Origin: Lophium mytilinum
Lineage: Eukaryota
DNA length: 64,000 bases
NCBI GenBank assembly: GCA_010093605.1
Contig: MU004183.1
Location: 558,001 to 622,000 of the forward strand
Direction: 5' to 3'
Below, piece by piece: positions 60,084 to 64,000 of the stretch; position 1 is the first letter of the stretch, and the number at the start of each line of letters is the position of its first letter. Position numbers and translations under genes: made by a program. A model generated the notes under the pieces. The model did no database searches, was not told the origin of the DNA, and saw only the letters and a program-made list of their open reading frames with translations.

Positions 60084-61773
60084 GGCGTCCAACTTACACA
60101 GTATAGAAAACTGTGTAAAGCGTTGTTTTCCCCTGCAGAGACACAACGGCTAGAAACTCTTCCTTCTGAAGACTCACGCCTTCCCTCGCACCCAATCCAG
60201 CTTCCAAGGTCTCAAGCAATTTGACCCAATCAAATCACGAGACTTCCAAGCCGAGTTGGGACCTCATTACTCTCGAGTATAAGAGCACCTCTTCAAGCTA
60301 TGACAACTTTCATTCCAGACCGTTTGGATGGGTCTTTGCAAAAGGATGGAGGAGTACTCCGTCATGAGGATTCGTAAAACACTAGAGAAAAGCGCAGCAT
60401 GGCTCTCTGGTGGAATTGGAAATCAACTGTTATCAATGGTGTGTCTGTGCGTGTAGTCTAGCAGAATTAGTGCGTTGATGATAGTGCCCATTTTCAGTTC
60501 CGATTACGATGCTGTTCATCTACCCACCTAGCCATCGTCCAAGCAGCGTCGTCCTCCCGTACTTGTCCATGATTGCACGTCATCGTAGCGCTTCATAAAT
60601 GATCTCCAACATCACTGCCGAGGCAGGGAGGAGGTTCCAACATGGACGCTGTTCCTCTGGCGACTCCAACCATCTGACCATCCCATCTGCCTATTGTGTT
60701 GAGAGCCCACCAATCCACACGAGCCATGGAAAGTTGATCAAGTTCTTGTTGCCAAATGAACACATGGCATGGTGGCAGTGCGATTTTTTCTATACACCTT
60801 ACTCCCCTGAAGATTCCAGGTAGACGGCAGAAACTGAAAGATCTGGATACCATAGCTTCCACCCCATCACGCGAACTAGCTGCGGAGCTCGTGACAGTCC
60901 TTATGAAATCGCTCAGTCTGCTCAGGCGCCCAGCTCCTCTGAGTCCGTTCCTGTCTCCAAGACTACCATGTGCTGAGTGTGAAGTCACAAGGATTCGTTA
61001 GTCATCCAGGAGAAGAATGTTTTCTGGCGGGTACAAAACCTACTAGCCCAACTGCGACATCTCTTCAACGGCGGGAACTCTTACGGGGAATCAACAGTTT
61101 TGAGGCGAAGAAAAAATGGTCTGTGGCAAAATTGCACGAGGTGTCGTATGATGGGGAGGTGTGGACAGGAGTTTAATCAAGAGGAGAGAGGAGATTATGG
61201 AGGTTGGTGCCGGTCCAGCCCTGTAAGCTCGCTCTAGTAATGAAGACCATCCTACCGCTTTTCAGGTGATACTTAGCGTCTCAGTGATATCTTGTCACTC
61301 AGGAATCCTGGGAAAAGATAACGATCACCATAGCACGCCCAAACCTTTTCCAGATCTCCACCAGATGCCCTCCATGAACTGACAAAGTCGGTTGCTTTTG
61401 ATCAAAACTCTGGCTCCAGCTCCCTCCATAGATTGTTCTCAATTCTTCGATTTGAAGTCCTCATCCACCACTCTGCACGAAGAAAGACTTTCACAGAAGG
61501 CACGAAAGGATTTATACCTGATCTAAGACCCAGTCATGTGAGTTATCGGCCCGACATTCGCTCCGAACAAGGCAGAACTCACAACACTCCCAGACTAAAC
61601 AGGATATCCAGGCTTTCAATTCTTTAGATTCCTTGCTTCTCGCCCTTACTTCTAGCCCGGACCAGCAATTGCCACGTTCTTGGATTTCCAAGCCAGAGAT
61701 TCCCGACCCTGACAAGCCCGCTACAAATGCCAATCAAGAACCCATCCCCCTACACACAAAGATCCGCCGCCTC

Positions 61774-64000
61774 TCACGCAACCCCCAAACTCGGGATATC
61801 TCCATGCTCCTGACTCCTCGTCCCCGCGACCTCGTACGCCGCCTTCCACCTCATCTTGACCTTCTCGCCGACACCGCGCGGCACGCCGTGGAGCCAGATG
61901 GATTGCGTGATGCCATTGATTTGATGTGGAGCCAACGAGACGCTAGACTGAGGTTCTAGCGAAAGCGAGTAGCCCTGACCGATGGATTAGTATGCTAGCG
62001 TCAAATAAAAGGATAGTAAGTCAACAAACGTACTTTTGAAACCGCGACTTGGAACGTCAGAGCCGTTATCGGGTGCGCGGTATTATTTGATATCTTGCTC
62101 TTGATCAGAATTACGTCGTCGCTTTCCCGCGCTACGTTGAAGGCAATTTTCACTTGTGTGTTGCTAACGACTATGTCTTTTGAAAGATCTGGGACAGCAG
62201 ATGCGAACGTCCATTCATCGTCATCATTTGCGGGCGCCGGCGCTGCAACCTTAGGTTGAGAAACTGGAGCGGAGGGGGTTCCGAGGCCAAGGAGGTCATT
62301 TGTAGCAGAGGGTGTGACGGAGGGCTTAATGGACTGCTGGAATTGAAACGGAGAGTTTTGCCGGGGTGCTGGCGAGGAGAGGGCGGCGAAAGGATCGGCG
62401 GCTGATTGACGGGGAGGTGGTTGCTGTGGTTGTGTGATATGGGGTTGTGAGTAGAAGGATGGAGGGGACATGGGCGGTGGAGGTGGTTGTGAGCTGCTGA
62501 TCGAGCCGAAAGGGTCGTAGTTCGGCTGCGGTATTGAGTACTGCGGCTGCTGTGGTTGTGGTGGTGCTGGACTCGATACTCCGGATGAAAAGCCAGAAAG
62601 CCCTGAAGGAGTTAGCAAAAGACATTGAGAGAAAAGGCTGAACCCTACCAGCACCGTTGGAGGAACCCAGTGATATGCCTCCAGTCTGACCAGAATAGTC
62701 TCCCCCTATTGACAGTCCGAGAAGGTCGTCTTCTAGATGATTGCCTGTAGGAGCTTTTTGTGATGACGAAGATGTGGTTTGTGCGTCTGGTGTGTCCTCG
62801 GGACCTCCAAAGTCGATCAGAGACAGCTCATTATCGGGCCCCTTCGATACTCCTGCTCCGCTGGTCCCTAATGTTCCCCTGGGTATCTTTGCTGCGCCTT
62901 CAATATCACCCTTTTTGATCAATCTGTATCGTTCTATCGTCCGGTGAATGCTATCGTTGATCTCAAACAGCTTTGCGACGGCTTCGTGGTCGTCCGATTC
63001 CTCTTCGCACATCTTCTGAATCTTCGGCTGCGCGCTTGCCAATGCATTCGCGAGTTCCTGGTGATTCGATCAGTCTTTGGCATCCTAGTATGAGTTCGGC
63101 GTGCGTACCTCAAAAACATCACCCTCTTTTATCTGATCTCCTTCCTTGTAGCCTTGTAGCATCTCTTCGAGTAGCTTGGCCTTCTGCTGTATCTTGCCTA
63201 CTTCCTCAGCAGCTTTCGCTCGATAGTCTGTCTTGTTTCTTGTATCATATCCCGCCATAACCTTCATAAGCTTGTTGGCCTCCTGCAAATCGTGTGGACC
63301 CCCTCGTCGAATGAGTTCCTGTAGTTTCGCCGATTGCGCCGCCCTTTCTTCCTCCTCCATTTCATCTGCGGACCTCAGATTCTGCATTTAAATCAGCTTA
63401 TGCACCTTTCAGCGTCTATGAAACGGGTCTTCCTACATCGCTCGGATTCAGCACCGCGGCATCCTCTCTCCGCACCTCCGGAAACACGTAGCCCTTATAG
63501 CTCAGCAGCCGGTGCATATCCCGAATAAACCCCAGGTCTTCTTTATGCCGCGACGTCTGGCATATTGTTTGTCGCCACTCCTCAATCAGCTCGAGGATCT
63601 TTGCCTGCACCCGCGACGCATGCACCGGCGGCCGCTCGGGGAAGCGCCGGACGAGCTCATTGAGGAATTCCTTCGTGCTTATCTGGAGGTGGAATGGATA
63701 GCCGCAGTTTTTGACGCATATATCGAGGAGCTGGGACGGAGGTCAGCGATTGGCTCCCGAAGAATTGGAATCAGGCAGCCTTACGTTGAGCGCGAGAATG
63801 GACACGTTTTGGTTGCGGTGGTTGATATAGTGGACGATCGCAACGGCGGCTTCCCGGGGCCTATCGAGTTTTTTTAGAGGATGCAACGAGGTTATAATTG
63901 AGGCCTGGGGATCCTTACGCATTGCCCTTCTTCGCGTTAATTAGGTCCGAGATCTCGAGGTTGAGGGCAAGGTTTGGCTCGAAGTTTTGGGGATCGCAGG
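61774..64000 (-). CDS. GGA2: GGA clathrin adaptor (VHS-GAT-GAE), 5' end beyond the window
   Basis: VHS (CGYPFHLQISTKEFLNELVRRFP, IRDMHRLLSYKGY), GAT (SAKLQELIRRG..ANKLMK), clathrin-box-like SLIDF/DLLGL, GAE ear (FQVAVSKGYSLSLEPQS..KMRWKAAY); multi-exon. Confidence 0.92.

Noticed and set aside
60593..61240. Scattered Cys/Trp-containing short ORFs, possibly a decayed gene
   Set aside because: Multiple stops and no identifiable family; cannot be supported without a search.
1..64000. tRNA, rRNA, CRISPR arrays, intact transposons, secondary-metabolite backbone genes
   Set aside because: No cloverleaf/T-loop signature, spaced repeats, transposase/RT or PKS/NRPS motifs seen by eye; a covariance-model scan could still find small RNAs.

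Overview
Gene-dense, intron-containing DNA from a filamentous ascomycete (Pezizomycotina, judged from GT..CTRAC..YAG introns of about 50 nt and a Zn2Cys6 factor; the class cannot be fixed from sequence alone). About 25 protein-coding genes are supported. A housekeeping backbone (VTS1, COG5, DAL3, GCNA/SprT, ACO1, BUD20, MOG1, UBP8, NDUFA9, RPN9, GAA1, RBD2, SMC4, GGA) is interrupted by accessory modules. These are: (1) a head-to-head pair of an atypical Hsp70 and a coiled-coil protein whose C-terminus looks GrpE-like, with the Hsp70 carrying an in-frame TAA 33 codons before its natural end; (2) a Zn2Cys6 factor plus nitrilase; (3) a frameshifted Cys-rich membrane protein and a Tri12-like MFS transporter; (4) a NACHT NLR-like gene; (5) amadoriase plus aldehyde reductase; (6) a head-to-head pair of HeLo-like proteins, one with a degenerate kinase-like domain. 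The promoters of modules 1, 4 and 6 share a (CTG)CAGCCTG motif. I saw no tRNA, rRNA, CRISPR array or intact transposon. All family calls come from recognising motifs by eye, not from database searches; exon boundaries were reconstructed manually.
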